A DNA stretch of 64,000 bases from Octopus sinensis (GCF_006345805.1 NC_043000.1:141794001-141858000); one strand, 5' to 3'. Numbered from the stretch's first letter, positions 31,036 through 46,522 are shown. Made by a program: numbers and translations. The notes: generated from the sequence alone by a model not told the origin.

Positions 31036-31245
31036 GAGCTGGCAGAATTGTTAGCACACCAGGTAAAAGTGTCAAGCAGCATTCCGTCCGCATTTCTGTT
31101 GTGAGTTCAACTGCCACCGGGGTTGACTTTACCTTTCATTATTTCCAGGTGGATAAAATAATTACCGGTTGAGCATTTGGGTCGAAGTAATTTACTTACC
31201 GCCATCCCTCAAAAACATTGGCCTTGTGCAAAAATTTGAAACCAT
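31036..31245 (+). mobile_element. Degenerate SINE family A
   Basis: gagctggcagaattgttagc...gagttcaa...gttgactttacctttcat. Confidence 0.75.
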
Positions 31246-31399
31246 TATTATTACTGTTGTTTTACTTCTTAGAGCGCTCGCTCTTGCATGCTCTGCTTGA
31301 TTCTGTGAGAGCGGACATCAGCCTACTGCTAGAGATATCACAGGGTTTGTTTTCGCAAATTATAAGCTTTGATAATTGGATGCTAATTATCGATTAAGT

Positions 31400-31640
31400 C
31401 ATTCAAAACCAAGTACCAATCTCAAAATCCTAGATGTCTCCGAGAGAGCAGCTTTTTGGGCATTGTCGGCTCTCATTTCAATTCCGATTTCTGTGTCATA
31501 TTTCTCGAACATGTCTGTTACTCTCCGAGTGCCCATACTGCTACTATACTCTCCGCATAGCCCACATTCTTGCAATTTCGTCTTTTACTAGCGTATTCTT
31601 TTCAGTTTTTAAAATTTTTGTCAATTATACATGCATCCAG
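31400..31640 (-). mobile_element. R4/Dong-clade C-terminal fragment
   Basis: EIGIEMRADNAQKAALSETSRILRLV resembles the QK.ALLGTARILR C-terminus. Confidence 0.7.
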
Positions 31641-31655
31641 ATATGAAGCAATATC

Positions 31656-33041
<1,386 letters not shown>

Positions 33042-33184
33042 ATTTTTATTATTATATCAACACTCGCATCTTATTTGCTGGGCATGATGGTAAGTGTCTG
33101 TTGTCCACAGCCAGCAGACTAAGGTGATACCTGTTTACTGGTCATGCATCAATAACTCTGATTTTTGTAAGTGTTGTAGGTAGT

Positions 33185-33360
33185 TGACTACATCCTTCAT
33201 ATTTCCCACTCTAAATATTCATAGTTGTTTAATTTTTCTTCTTTCACATTGATCTCGTTGTCCCCGGAGCATGCTATGTCGATAATCATGCATGCTCTTT
33301 CTTTTTTCTTCACCACAGCAATGTCCGGGTTCCTATGACTGGTCAAGTGATCGCACCAGC
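33185..33360 (-). mobile_element. Restriction-like endonuclease (PD-D/ExK) fragment of an R4-type element
   Basis: HRNPDIAVVKKKERACMIIDIACSGD...KEEKLNNY. Confidence 0.85.
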
Positions 33361-33469
33361 TCATTACATCATTGTTTCCTCCCAATCACTTTCAGCTTCT
33401 TCGCTTCTTGTTCTATCACAATTCACCCTTCCTCCATATTCTCACGATCATCATAATGTATATCGCCGC

Positions 33470-33815
33470 CATCATCGTCGTCTTTGTCGTCGTCGTCGTC
33501 ATCATCATCATCATCATCACCACCACCATCATCATCATTATCATCATCGTCGTCGTCGTCGTCGTCATCGTCATCGTCGTCGTCGTCATCATCATCATCA
33601 TCGTCGTCGTCGTCGTCGTCGTCATCATCGTCGTCGTCGTCGTCGTCGTCATCATCATTATCATCATCATCACCACCATCATCATCATCATTATCATCAT
33701 CGTCGTCGTCGTCGTCATCGTCATCGTCGTCGTTATCATCATCATCATCATCATCGTCGTCGTCGTCGTCGTCGTCGTCGTCATCATCGTCGTCGTCGTC
33801 ATCATCATCATCATT

Positions 33816-33866
<51 letters not shown>

Positions 33867-33921
33867 GTCGTCGTCGTCGTCGTCGTCGTCGTCATCATCG
33901 TCGTCGTCATCATCGTCGTCG

Positions 33922-33973
<52 letters not shown>

Positions 33974-34012
33974 TATCATCGTCGTCGTCGTCGTCGTCGT
34001 TGTTATTATTAT
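33470..34012. repeat. ~540-bp interleaved (CAT)n/(CGT)n microsatellite
   Basis: Direct inspection; source of the poly-H/R/S/I/V ORFs. Confidence 0.97.
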
Positions 34013-34995
34013 TCTCATTTTATGCTTAACTTACGTTTTGCATTTCAACAAGGGCTCCAAGTCTCACCCAGAGACAAAAAGGGACAACAAGTTAGACGTT
34101 CGTGTACCTAGTATGTTTAGGGTGCCATATATTTGGTTTTGTACATAGTGTTATTCTGGAGAATGTTTAAGAAACCATAAGAAAAGTGTGTTTGTTTAAG
34201 ATCTGAGATTACATAGGCAGTATTTTACGTAAGATATGGGTAGACCATTTTCAAGCACTGTAAGTGGTTTCTGTTGCCACCCATTTTTATCATGGGGCAA
34301 ATCCAGATTATTGCAAATTAACAAGCAAATATACTGTGCAGCTCTATCATGCCTGTTGAGATATTCTGTAGGCGCTAGAATACTGCACATGGAGACAACA
34401 TGATCAATGGTTTCATTTTGTTGATGACATACACGACATGTTGGGAAGCTGCCGTTCTTTAATATGTTGGCCTGGTAGTTCCTTGTAGGTAGGCATTGAT
34501 CTTGGGCTGCAATGATAAACCCTTCTGTTTCTGATTTTAAGCCAGATGCCATTAGCCATTGATGGGTCAGGGCTTTGTAAACATCGGCATTACCCGCTCT
34601 CTTTGGGTATTTGCCATTGAGAGATTTTTCTTACCATTTATCATTCAGAATATCTAAAGCAGCAGTTTTAGCACGGGTTTTCATGCTCTTTGCTTTTCGT
34701 ACCCTTGTTTCTAGAATGTCTAATTCTGGAAGTTATTATATTTAGAATTCACTTAGATATTCCTTGCTCTGTTTTGTTAATGAGTATGATGCTTTCTTGT
34801 TTTGAAACAAAAACTCCAGCCCCCGGAGTTTTTCAGGCAGGTGTTTATGCCGATTGTGGCAATCTTCATTGTTAATGCCAGTTGTAAAATTCCAAGGCCT
34901 CCTTCTTTTCTTGGCAGATAAAGTCGATCTATATCTGCCTTAGGATGGTGCATTCTATGCATAGTCAAGAGTTTTCGTGTTTTCTGTCAAGATTA
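34013..34995 (-). mobile_element. R4/Dong-clade 3' portion (thumb, CCHC knuckle, RHD, 3'UTR with TAA tail)
   Basis: HHPKADIDRLYLPRKEGGLG; SETEGFIIAAQDQ; CRVCHQQNETIDHVVSMC; YLNRHD. Confidence 0.92.
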
Positions 34996-35019
34996 CATCT
35001 ATATATATTCAGTAAAACC

Positions 35020-35590
35020 CTTAGAATCCCAAGCTGCAACCGAAAATGTAGATTATATCATGCCTCTGTGGAAGACATCACACATGTGATTAACAGCTGA
35101 CAAGAAATGTCATCAGTTTCTTACCTCCCAATGCGGCACGACGTTGTCGCCAAACAATATAGAATTCCAGCTGAAAAAGGAAGTCCTAGAATAAATATAG
35201 ACAATTCCCCTGATTTTGAAAACGTATACAAACATCAACAGAAAGAAGGATGGTGGATATTCCTATCAAAACAACTGTGAAGTGTATAGAATAGGACGGA
35301 TGTTGTTTGGAACTGACAAAAGAAGTATGCACCGTCATAGAGGTGATACTGATGTCTTTATCTCTTTGAATATAAGAGAAAGAGGATAACAATGGACAGC
35401 TGCTTCAAAATATCCAGCTTGTAAATCCAGATAACAAATTTACGTCAATAATAATTGAAGCACATGGTTTTGTGAGTAAATGCCTTTGGATAAGCTTAGA
35501 TTTTCAGAAAAAGATATCAAGCAATTAACTCGAACATTACAAATGTGGATTAGTAAAAATAAGCAAGACTTTTCTCAAGTGTAAAAAGTG
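35020..35590 (+). mobile_element. R4-type endonuclease-domain fragment, opposite orientation
   Basis: RHDVVAK (~35135), EGWW, NRTD (like RPD), IIEAHGFV remnants. Confidence 0.55.
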
Positions 35591-37012
35591 ACTTTGCTTT
35601 CGATATCTGCATTCCAAGGATAGAGGGTTTTTTTATCATCGTTAGAAACCAGTTCCTTGCCCAGGGGTAGAAGTTAAAAAGCTAAAACAGAAAAGAACAT
35701 ACATACATACACGCATACATACATCAATACATGAACACACATACATTGATACATACATACATGCACACACATCCATCCATCCACCGTCCGTCCGTCCCTC
35801 CCTCCATTCGCCCACCTACTCACCCATGCATACATACATATGTCACATATCTACGGATATCTACATGGAAAATTCGGGATGTTGCATAATGTAACTGGAA
35901 ATTTACTGTCGATTTCTAAAGAGTAAAGGTATATTTTAATATTTTCTTTTACAATAATACCTAAAGAAAATAGATTGAAATTTATAGCAAATAAAATTAC
36001 GATAAACATTTTTATGTGTACAGAGTAAAGTAAACTATGTCAGGATTCATGTTAAAGTGCATATACACTTTATAATTTGGTGTTCGATGTCATAAAAATT
36101 CCATTTATTGGTATGGAAAGGGATATATTATACTAGTAATATAAATGTGTTATTATTCGTCTCGAACATTACACAATTGTAGGAAAGGCACATCCGCTGA
36201 AGCAACCGCAATAACAGCAACGCCATTTCAAAACACATATTATTTTAGTCGATTCGTGTGAGTAAGGAATATCTTACATTCTTAAAAGTATCTTAGAAAT
36301 ATTCGATATTAGAGAATATTCTGAGGAAAATAGATTTCTCTCTGGCTAGATGTAATATGATGTTGTAAAACCTGCAATTTATCATATATACGCTAAATAA
36401 GATAGGGAAATCACAAAAGAGAAAAAGAAAAGAAAAAAGATAGTGATAAACCGAAAACTGAACAATACTACGTATAAAACAAAACCCACTCAAAATATCA
36501 CTGCTAGCTGTCCATTTCTATCTTCATCGCATTCTTTCTATTATGGTTTTGTTCGAAGCGAATACATATCAATCAAATGTCACATGGCTTTAAATAACAA
36601 CCAAAAGCAGGCTTTTTACTTATTTTTCTCAGATGTTAATGTTTTTTTCGTTTTGTTTTTTTTTTTTTCGAATTTGTTTCTCTTTTCCCGTTAAAGGTAT
36701 ATTATTTGAACTTCATACATAAATTGTTTCTTGAAGAAAACGTTGCCAAAATTTTCTTTCTTTTTATTTCCCTTATAATTTTTTTTTTCTCGCGTGAATG
36801 TGTGCCACGCTTGTTTCTCTTATTGTTGTTGCTGTTGTTTTTCAGTTTATACTGTTGTAGCATTGACTCGGTCGTGACCCGAAAAACATACTGCATTAAT
36901 GATAAGAAAAAAAAAAGAAGAGAAAGAAATACACTGGTTCCTCTTAACAAAACATGTAAAGTAATTAACCCAAAATACTGCTGTTTCTGTTACCGCATTA
37001 CCCACTCCTCCA

Positions 37013-37015
37013 TCA

Positions 37016-37049
<34 letters not shown>

Positions 37050-37105
37050 ATACTACTACTACTTCTACTACTACTTAATACTACTGCTGCTGCTCGTACT
37101 ACTAC
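37013..37105. repeat. (CTA)n microsatellite
   Basis: Direct inspection. Confidence 0.9.
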
Positions 37106-37937
37106 TCTAGCATTCATTCCGGTATCACTGTCACGCTTCAACAACTCGAAAATCTTCCGCGAAAAACGCAAGCTATGGTAATTTCGTTGACGCCTAAATC
37201 GCTCTCATTATATTTTCGCTTATTTCCGATACTAATACTAGCTTTCAATATTTTGCAATGTAAAAGATTACACTGACAACATATTCTGCTAGGAACGTCT
37301 GGCTCCATCTGAAATAACAGATGAACAATTTTTGTTCTTCACTTTTACTAGTTTTTGCTGCTAACTCAAACTGAGAAAAAACGTGACTGAGGAAAAGAAA
37401 AACGTGATTGACAATGACTCCTTGCCCTTAATTACTCGAGGAAATTGTATAGAAATTGCAGCTTCATTGGATTCATGAATGTTGTAAGATTTTCATTTCG
37501 ATCCCTCACATAGAGAACTGTTTGCATCAGATGGGCTGTGCGACCATCTACACCTGATGCCTTAAATAGATACTAAGTAACTGGTGCTAAAACTCGAAAA
37601 GTTGCGATGTTTGGTAACGGAAAATAGTTAAGGCGGTGCAAAACGGATATTCGTCATGGTTCACTTCACTTCAAAGTAGCCTCTTCTTAGCAGATTTCTG
37701 GTTAAGATTGAACTATCTCCGTGTGTTTTCGTTTCAGCTCATATCAACTTGAAAGACTTTATTCTATATATCTTCATAGGATAGTAGAACCTGCAACCGA
37801 GAATGCAATAGGCGTTGTCCACCACTGGTCTGCTTTTCTAAGTGTCTACCTGCATACATAGTATTCTGTTTCTTCTAAATTCTCCGTACATATACAACAG
37901 TGGTAACAAAATCATGTATTCACGGTGTGATCGATAT

Positions 37938-38235
37938 CTTATTTTATTATTGCCCACAAGGGGCTAAACATAGAGGGAACAAACAAGGACAGACAAGGGG
38001 ATTAAATCGATTAGATCGACCTTAGTGCGAAACTGGTACTTAATTTATCGATACCGAAAGGATGAAAGGCAAAGTCAACCTCGGTAGAATTTGAACTCAG
38101 AACGTAGCGGCAGACAAAATACCTATTTCTTTACTATCCACAAGGGGCTAAACACAGAGAGGGTAAACAAGGACAGATAAACGGATGAAGTCGATTATAT
38201 CGACCCCAGTGCGTAACTGGTACTTATTTAATCAA
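37938..38235 (-). mobile_element. SINE family A, 5'-truncated, internally repeated
   Basis: Reverse complement of the 5156 family. Confidence 0.85.
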
Positions 38236-39140
38236 GACTGGTTCTCTGCATGGCAACTACAATCTGATGAATTTTAGGTTTCCCAATGAGGTCTATCTAC
38301 TGGAGAGCCATAAAGCTTTATAGTATTCAGAAATGATTTGTACTTTGGGATCTCAAAGCTATATCTTCGCGTTTTTCTCCTATTTCTCTGGCTATGACTT
38401 TCACATCTCATTGCTCAGTATACAGAAACATGTTAGTCTCTAAACAATGGATAGGGTACGACTGCTTATTTACTTTCTCTCTGTACTTACCATCGGTTTA
38501 ACCTTCTTATAAAACTGCCCCCGTCTACTGGAGAAGACTAGTATTCTTGTAAAGTATTCGATGCACGTAAAATACTTCCTTATCCTCGGAGAAACAGAAA
38601 TATGCTACTGTTCTCTTTAGCCGAGGAGAAGATAAAGAAGCAGGACGCCTTGTGTTATGCGGCATCCATATTTTTTCTTCTGTTTTCAGACATTCTTCTA
38701 TGTAGTTATTCCTAGTTGTTCTGCAGATCTGCAATTCTACTTGTTGTTGTTTACTTTTGTTTTATTAAGAATATTGGAGATGATGCATTCATTGTTGTTA
38801 GTCTTAATTCATTTCTACTATTGTTAGTGATACTGTAGAGTTTAGCTTTTCACTGCATTATTTAAGGCATAAGTAATTTTCCTCAAAAGTTTTTCATTTG
38901 AGTAGAACGGACGGCATTTATATCATACTTTATAAAAATTATTATATATTTTTACTTAAAATGGAAATAAATACTCGGAAATAAAGAGCAAGGTTCCAAT
39001 ATAATGATTTCCTTCCTCAAGCGACAGAGCAAAATATAGACTTATACTTTTAGCTAATCATCAAAAGTACAGAAATGGAACAGGCTCTGAGAGTCGACCG
39101 ATATTAATAACATCTGAAAACCACACCAAATAATAATCAT

Positions 39141-39985
39141 TACGAAGTGCATTCAAAAGTTTTGAGACCTTTTTTGGAGTGGCACGTATAACTGCCCTAG
39201 ATTATTGCAATATTGGTATATCATTACTATGTATATATGCTGACCTGCCAACATTTGTTATTCCATATTCAAGGAGATGGCTTTTACAGCACTTTGAAGA
39301 CAAAATTTATTAAACACTGCTTGTCACATCTGATTAATATGCTGAATGTATTTAGGACTTTTGGAAGGTCGCTATGAAAAACGTTATACTGAGTAAAACG
39401 CAACAAAAGCTTGTAAGATGTTCAGGACTGCTTAAGGATTAACTCCTTCGCTGGCAAAGATGGTAGAAAGAAAGTATGAACCGATGAGATGTGTGGTAAT
39501 GTGGGACGTCAGAACATCAGAGATGGTTGAAAAAATTCGCTATTTTCTGGATGAAAGACGGTCGTATGTCATAAAGATAGTGATACAATTTGAAGTTGGT
39601 GCGGCAACTGTACACAGATACATTCAAAGAAATATGAACTTGCGCAAAATTTGTTCAAGTTTCTTCCCAGAGTTCTCGGTGCATCCTGCTAACCAACTAC
39701 TTGAGATAACTTGCTCTTTCTGATTTTTGGTTGTTTCCCATGCCGTTGGAAAATCTCAGGGACATTCATTTTGAAAATGAAGGAGGCTGGGACAAGGCTC
39801 CTAGACACCTTCTCTTGGAGGACTGCTATGGGGCCTTTATGAATTGGCTGGAGCACTACAACAAATGAATTGAAGTCAGAGACACCTACTTTGAAGGAGA
39901 TTAGTGTTTTTGCTTTTTTATTTCTTTGGAATTAATAACTGTCTTTCTTCAGTAGCACTAAGGAACCTTAGTAGTTGATCGCCCT
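39141..39985 (+). mobile_element. Decayed mariner (Tc1/mariner) transposon
   Basis: TA-CGA..caaaagt TIR-like start; VHRYIQRNMNLRKICSSFFP (like RKVCARWVP); ALSDFWLFP (YSPDLAPSDF region); IEVRDTYFEGD* C-terminus. Confidence 0.85.
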
Positions 39986-40188
39986 TTCCCTAAATGGCAC
40001 AAATTAATTGATTATTTGCTCCATATAGAGATTCTGAACATATCGCGGAACATCGCTAATCTTTTCTACTGGTGTAACATTTATACAATGTCTTCCACTG
40101 GTCGCTTTGCCAAACTAGCAGAAGTATTCAGTCCATGATAATATTTAGATGTCAGAAGTTCAATGTTCGCTTGTGCTTGCTTCAGAGT

Positions 40189-40575
40189 GGATAGAAGCAC
40201 TCCGTCGGTTACGACGACGAGGGTTCCGGTTGATCCGATCAGCGGAACAGCCTGCTCGTGAAATTAACGTGTAAGTGGCTGAGCACTCCACTGACACGTG
40301 TACCCTTAACGCAGTTCTCGGGGATATTCAGCGTGACACAGAGAGTGACAAGGCCGGCCCTTTGAAATACAAGTACAACAGAAACAGGAAGTAAGAGTGA
40401 GAGAAAGTTGTGGTGAAAGAGTACAGCAGGGATCACCACCATCCCCTGCCGGAGCCTCGTGGAGCTTTTAGGTGTTTTCGCTCAATAAACACTCACAACG
40501 CCCGGTCTGGGAATCGAAACCGCGATCATACGACCGCGAGTCCGCTGCCCTAACCACTGGGCCATTGCGCCTCCA
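40189..40575 (-). mobile_element. SINE family C, full length, 13-bp TSD
   Basis: TSD cttgcttcagagt at 40176-40188 and 40576-40588; tRNA-like head. Confidence 0.92.
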
Positions 40576-40802
40576 CTTGCTTCAGAGTAAATACATCATG
40601 ACAGTAAAAGTGAAAAAAAAAAAAAGAAAAGAAAAAAACACTGGGAAAGGAAAAATCTACCGAAGTCGCAGCCAATCTCAAAAGAAGAAAACCAGCCTGA
40701 ATTAAAATTTGACGTTCTAGCAAATAACGACTCTGACTCATTCAGAAGAAGCACAAGCATTTTCCTGATGTAAATTTTTTTAGAGATGTCCATAATTTAT
40801 AC

Positions 40803-40896
<94 letters not shown>

Positions 40897-40940
40897 ACAG
40901 ACACAACTAGGTATAGATAGGTATGCGTGTGTGTGTGTGT

Positions 40941-40972
<32 letters not shown>

Positions 40973-40995
40973 TTCTGTCTCTCTCTCTCTCTGTG
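40803..40995. repeat. (TATC)n, (TG)n, (TC)n microsatellites
   Basis: Direct inspection. Confidence 0.95.
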
Positions 40996-41592
40996 CGTCA
41001 GTGTGTGTCAGCGTGCGTATGGATGATGTTGTTTTTCTAGGAGACGCCTGAATAGATTTAGTACGATTCACTCTTGGCAATATAACTCGTGAGGATGGTT
41101 TAGCACTTTCCATAGGCGAAAACATACCTATGCTTTCATTTATGGTATTTAGAGCAACATCTTCCGACGGGACAAATATGCAAAGCTTTTAAAGTCATTT
41201 CATTCAAATAAACACGTGCTATTGTCGCAGTAAATGTTATTTTTATTAATGTTGCACAATAATACATTCCAGAATCCCAGAGCATTTTATGCCGAACTAA
41301 GGCTCTAGGTGTAGAACAATTGCTGTATGACCATCGAAAAAGATAGCATTTTTTTTTGTTGCTTGTTTTTGCACATTTTACGAAGAGCCTTGGCACTTTA
41401 AATAAGAAAGCTATTTGATTCACTCTTAGAAAGGCTGGGTGTCCAATTTCCTTTATGAGACTTGTAGGGTTATCATAATATTGATATACACGTTAATATT
41501 GTTTGAATTCTTACATAAGGTAGAAATGTTGGCAACGGTAAAAAGGTAGTATATTTATTGCATCCGTCTTTTTGCTATATATTGCTTCATTA

Positions 41593-41990
41593 AGGCGGCG
41601 AGCTGGCAGAAACGTTAGAACACCGGACGAAATGCGTAGCGGTATTTCGTCTGCCGCTACGTTCTGAGTTCAAATTCCGTCGAGGTCGACTTTGCCTTTC
41701 ATCCTTTCAGGTCGATTAAATAAGTACCAGTTACACACTGGGGTCGTATTAATCGACTTAATCCGGTTGTCTGTCCTTGTTTGTCCCCTCTGTGTTTAGC
41801 CCCTTGTGAGTAGTAAAGAAATAGATATTTCGTCTGTTTTTACGTTCTGAGTTCTAATTCCACTGAGGTTGACTTTGCATTTAATCCTTTCAGGGTCGAT
41901 AAATTATGTACCAGTTGTATACAGGGGTCGATCTAATCGACTGCCCCCCCCAAAAAAAAAATCTGGCATAATGCTTAGAGTGGAAAAGAA
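41593..41990 (+). mobile_element. SINE family A (duplicated central domain), 15-bp TSD
   Basis: TSD tatattgcttcatta at 41578-41592 and 41991-42005. Confidence 0.93.
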
Positions 41991-44900
41991 TATATTGCTT
42001 CATTATTATATTACGTGCACTTAAGATGAACCTTGTGAGTCTCGTGCATGTCTAGCTGCAGCTCCTCTGCTGTGTAAGAGCATAAGTGCAAGCATTTACG
42101 GGAGATATTGCATTTGTATATGAGCTTTCAACCGTCTACAGATATGCATTACAATTGAAATGGTATAGGTTAAAATATTCCGTTTATACTACTACTTTAC
42201 ATTAGGGTTAACATATTCGAATAACTTAAGAATGCAAGCAATTGGCTGATGGCCACCATAAGTTAAGCTGAAAATAAAATAGCGTTGGAATAATGGAAAG
42301 TAAATTTTGTTGACGAAAGAAAATACTTTAATTTAATTATCTGTTTAGATGTCGGTAGGTCATCGCTAATTAATTAATCTGACAAGTGAAGCTACATATA
42401 CTTTAGGAAATATTTCAAGATGTATTAAATAATGCCTATAGTGAAAGATTACTGGAGATTCAATTAACTTACTTTTAGAAATCACCACTCCAATCACTTA
42501 CATACAATGTATCCTTCGGCTAGAAACATATATATACATCAAATGATACTAAAATGAAAGTGAAGAGACTTGTATTGAATGAGGTGATAAAATGAATCGG
42601 TTTAATATATTGGATTTTGTATTTTAGAATAAGACGGGGATTCTAGTTGCTGAACAGGCGAAATTTTGTCACTAATAAATTTCTAAATGTGTATTTGATG
42701 CAACATAATGATCTAAAATTCTAAATATAGCTATAATTTCTTAAAATGTCTTCTAAGTACAATAAATGAATATGCATGTTATGAGCTCATCCTTTTCAAA
42801 AAAAGCCTTTGTAAAAGTTACATTTTTGTGATCCTTTGTTTTTGTATTTGTACTGGAACATAAATAAGTTTCAAGTTACATTTGATTTACTTTCAGTAAT
42901 ACAAAGAAAAATAAATACAATAAATAAACGAATAGAAAAACTGTAGCATAGAATACACATACTAATAACGGTGAACATCTCGATTATGTTTCATTTTAAA
43001 AAGATAAATAAAGCGGAGAATTTTTAAAGGATAAATTAGTCAGAATCGTTAACACGTCGGTCAAAACGCTTAGCAGCATTTCGTTCTTAGTTCGCATTTA
43101 TCGCGATTGACTTTGCCTTTCATCATTTCGAAGTTCGCTGAAATAAGTACCAGTTAAGCAATGTTATCGATTGGACCACTCCACTAATATCTCATGTTTT
43201 GTGACTCCATGCAATGGTTTGTAAGGGATAAAAAACGTGGATAAACTCTAAAACACATTATCGTCTATTAAAAGTACATATGAATCCGTACCTTGATTAC
43301 TACTGTAAGTGTTGAGTGATTTAATTTTAACATTTATTAATAGAAAACGTTTATTGAACCTTTAGATATAAAATGCTAAAGAGGCATATAAACAAGCCAT
43401 AGTGCAGTAGTTATCTGCTTCTGTTGCATTTAATTCTAACTCCAGAATTAACGTTATGAAATATAATTAATGACAGCACCAGAAAAATCTAGAAACACTA
43501 TCTAAATTACGATGACTAATTTGAGTGTTTTTACGTGTAAAAGCAATCTTAGTTCCTCAAATCACCATATATTAATATTTTAAATAAAGACTGATCTATC
43601 GGGAAATATAGCCCCATATCTACAATAATATACCATGGCCACACCTGAAATAATTTTGTTCAAAATATCACTCTCGGATCAAGTGTCGCTTGTGTCAAAA
43701 CAGCAATTCAATAAGAAGAACCACAACTATAGCTGGTGAATTAGGGACCAATAAATGCTTAATCTGAGACAATACTCTATTTCACCTTTACTTCACGTCA
43801 ATCTTACATTTCGTTCAGAAGATAAGAATGTCACACAACCTTTCTCGACTGGCCCATTCTGAATCGAAACCATGTCCCTAGGTTAACAAGAAATAATTAC
43901 ATACATGAAGAAGCATGCACCACATCTTACATATATATCCTCCATTCACTGCTAATATTAAAAGCTAAGAATTCTAATTTTCTATCGTACATACTCAAGT
44001 GTTGAGCTTAAAATAAGAAGCCGTTATTTAAATAATAGTATTCTCTAAGAATTATTTACTATAGTTTATCCCTGCAAGTGATAATACGAAGATGAAGAAA
44101 AGACAAAAGATTATCTAAAAACAATGATAACGGTTAGATTATCGTTCTTCAGGGAAGAACACTGTAAAGCAGCGTCTTCGAAAACTACATAATTCTTATA
44201 TTTATATATACTTCATAAATATGTATATTGAATTATATAAAAAATGTAATAAGTCTTTTCTACTCATAATGCAGTCTAAAATCACCCAGTCGACAAGAGA
44301 AAAAAAGAATATAAATGGAAACGCTACACAAAATTGTAAAACTAGACAACAGACCAAACTTCGTCAATATTTCCAAGAATAACAACAGCAAAATTTCTAT
44401 TATGGCTATTTATGCAACATATGGAAATGTTTCTTTCACAATATGTTCACTTCCTTCCCTCTGTCATCCCATTATTATATATATAAAATACTTATCTGTT
44501 GAAAGATTTGGAATTAAGGGATGATAGAACGACCACAGAAATAATTTTGTATAATTTAGATATCAGGTCCCCACACCACACACGTACACACACGCGCATG
44601 CACACACACACGCACATACACACACGCTCACACACACCTGCATACACATGAACGATTCATATGTATTTGGCTTGCTTTTGACAAAATTTGTTGAAAGCAA
44701 TAAAAAAATAAAATATTCTGACTTAAGTATCTCTGTCGACGTTTTATCATAAAAGCAGTATTGCCTATTTTTAAATAACAAGTGTGCGTTTGTGTCTGTG
44801 TGCGTGCGGGATTTTGCGTATATGCGCGTATATCACTAGGTAGTTTCTTTCTCAATTCGTGCTTATAAATGTAACTTATATCCTATTTGTGGATCATATT

Positions 44901-45100
44901 TTACCTACAACAGAGTGATAAAATTATTTTCTTAATTTATTGCTTGCAATTATTGTCGGATTATGAACTAACGTGTTGCGGGAGATATTTCCTTAATTTC
45001 CGTAGCCAATTACATAGATACATATACATATACATGTATATGTATATACGTATGTAAGTATCTATTTCTATGTATATGAACGCATATATCTGTGTATATG

Positions 45101-45156
<56 letters not shown>

Positions 45157-46307
45157 CACACACATACATATGTATACATGCATATAAATAAACACACAGA
45201 CATATATGTATGTAGGTATCTAAATGTGTGTATATAAAATTTTGTCTGACAACAACTATAGATCATTGTGGAAATGTTGATATTGGGATCTGGATCCGGT
45301 TGAAAGAGCGCTACTTACAATAAATATAGTTATATTATGTTCGCATACAGGCTTAGGATTTCTAAGTATTAACTTTGCAGCTGAAACCGTTTCTCAATGC
45401 GGCTGCAATTATGTCAGCCTTATGATATATGGATTTTGTGTTAGCCAACATATTTGTTTTTAGCTGTCTTTAATCGAGTTCATGAGAGAAGAAAATATAA
45501 ACGAGTTAATAGTCAAAGATAAAATTTATCACAAAATCTGTCACAGAATTAGGACGATCTGAAGTATATTAATGTTTGATATCTCTGTAATATATTTCTT
45601 TTATTTCCGAATTATCAGCAAACAGAATCTAAAATACTGTGTGAAGATAAAGGTTATATTAACATTTTTTTTTTTATACTGAGTCAAAATATTTATAGGC
45701 TAGAACATAAAATACTTTCTGTGCATTAAATGCAGCAGCGATAAAAGGCAAGCACTTTTGTTAAAATATACGACTTGAAAGGATAAAATAATAAATCCTT
45801 TCAAAGAAAAGAATTTATCGTTTTCCCTAAAAGATTTGAGCTTAGCGACATTTTGTGGATTAATAAATAAACCATACACTACGAAATTTCACGATGAAAT
45901 AATTACTGGGAACATGGGTAAAAGTAGTTGATGGTTGGATTTGATATACCGATGATGCCAATCATTGATATTTTCTCAACAAACAAGTCATTGATCCGAT
46001 GTAACTAGAAATACAGCGGATATATTTGTATACACTTCTAGAACATCCACGTAAAGATACAACAACCATTCTATTTACGTCACGATTCTAACCACAGAGA
46101 TTGTCCTCCGAAAGAAAGCAATATCTCAAAAGAAGGAACCAAAAGAATGATCATCATTGTATTTGCTGAAGTGTGGAATAAAATATATGTTTAAACCACA
46201 ATAGTGTTGTCTCATGTATTCGTTTGGCTTATAGATTAAGCCTCCGCATAATAGGGCAATATGTTAAATACATTATTGAGTTGTTTGTATCAGCATCTTC
46301 GAATTAT

Positions 46308-46406
46308 GTATTAATAAGCAAAAGCTTATTAATACTTTTAGATGACTGCCCTCACGGAGTCCATAGTGATTCACTATGGACTCCGTGTGGGCAGTCATCT
46401 AAAAGT
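46308..46406. repeat. Two abutting palindromes (12-bp arms and 36-bp arms)
   Basis: gtattaataagc-aaaa-gcttattaatac (46308-46335); 46334-46369/46371-46406 with one mismatch and a 1-nt loop. Confidence 0.95.
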
Positions 46407-46442
46407 TTTTGTTCGTCATGATGCTGACATAAGTTCCTTGTC

Positions 46443-46522
46443 TTTCCTGATGAGAAGGCGGCATAATGCACCCTTTATTCCTTCGGAATTGAGAATATGC
46501 AGTCTTCGAACATAAGTCGAGA
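46443..46522 (+). ncRNA. Type I hammerhead motif lacking one core A
   Basis: tttc-CTGATGA-gaaggc.gcata...tatgc.gtcttc-GAA-C-ataa-GTC-gaga then AATAAA. Confidence 0.65.

Noticed and set aside
33335-34148. Longest ORFs (258 aa poly-His/Arg, poly-Ile/Val, poly-Ser)
   Set aside because: Translations of a stop-free trinucleotide microsatellite, open in several frames; no gene evidence.
40500-40575. tRNA-like sequences (also 11805-11877, 59982-60055, 53473-53545)
   Set aside because: SINE heads with attached bodies and TSDs; no complete acceptor stem, so not tRNA genes.
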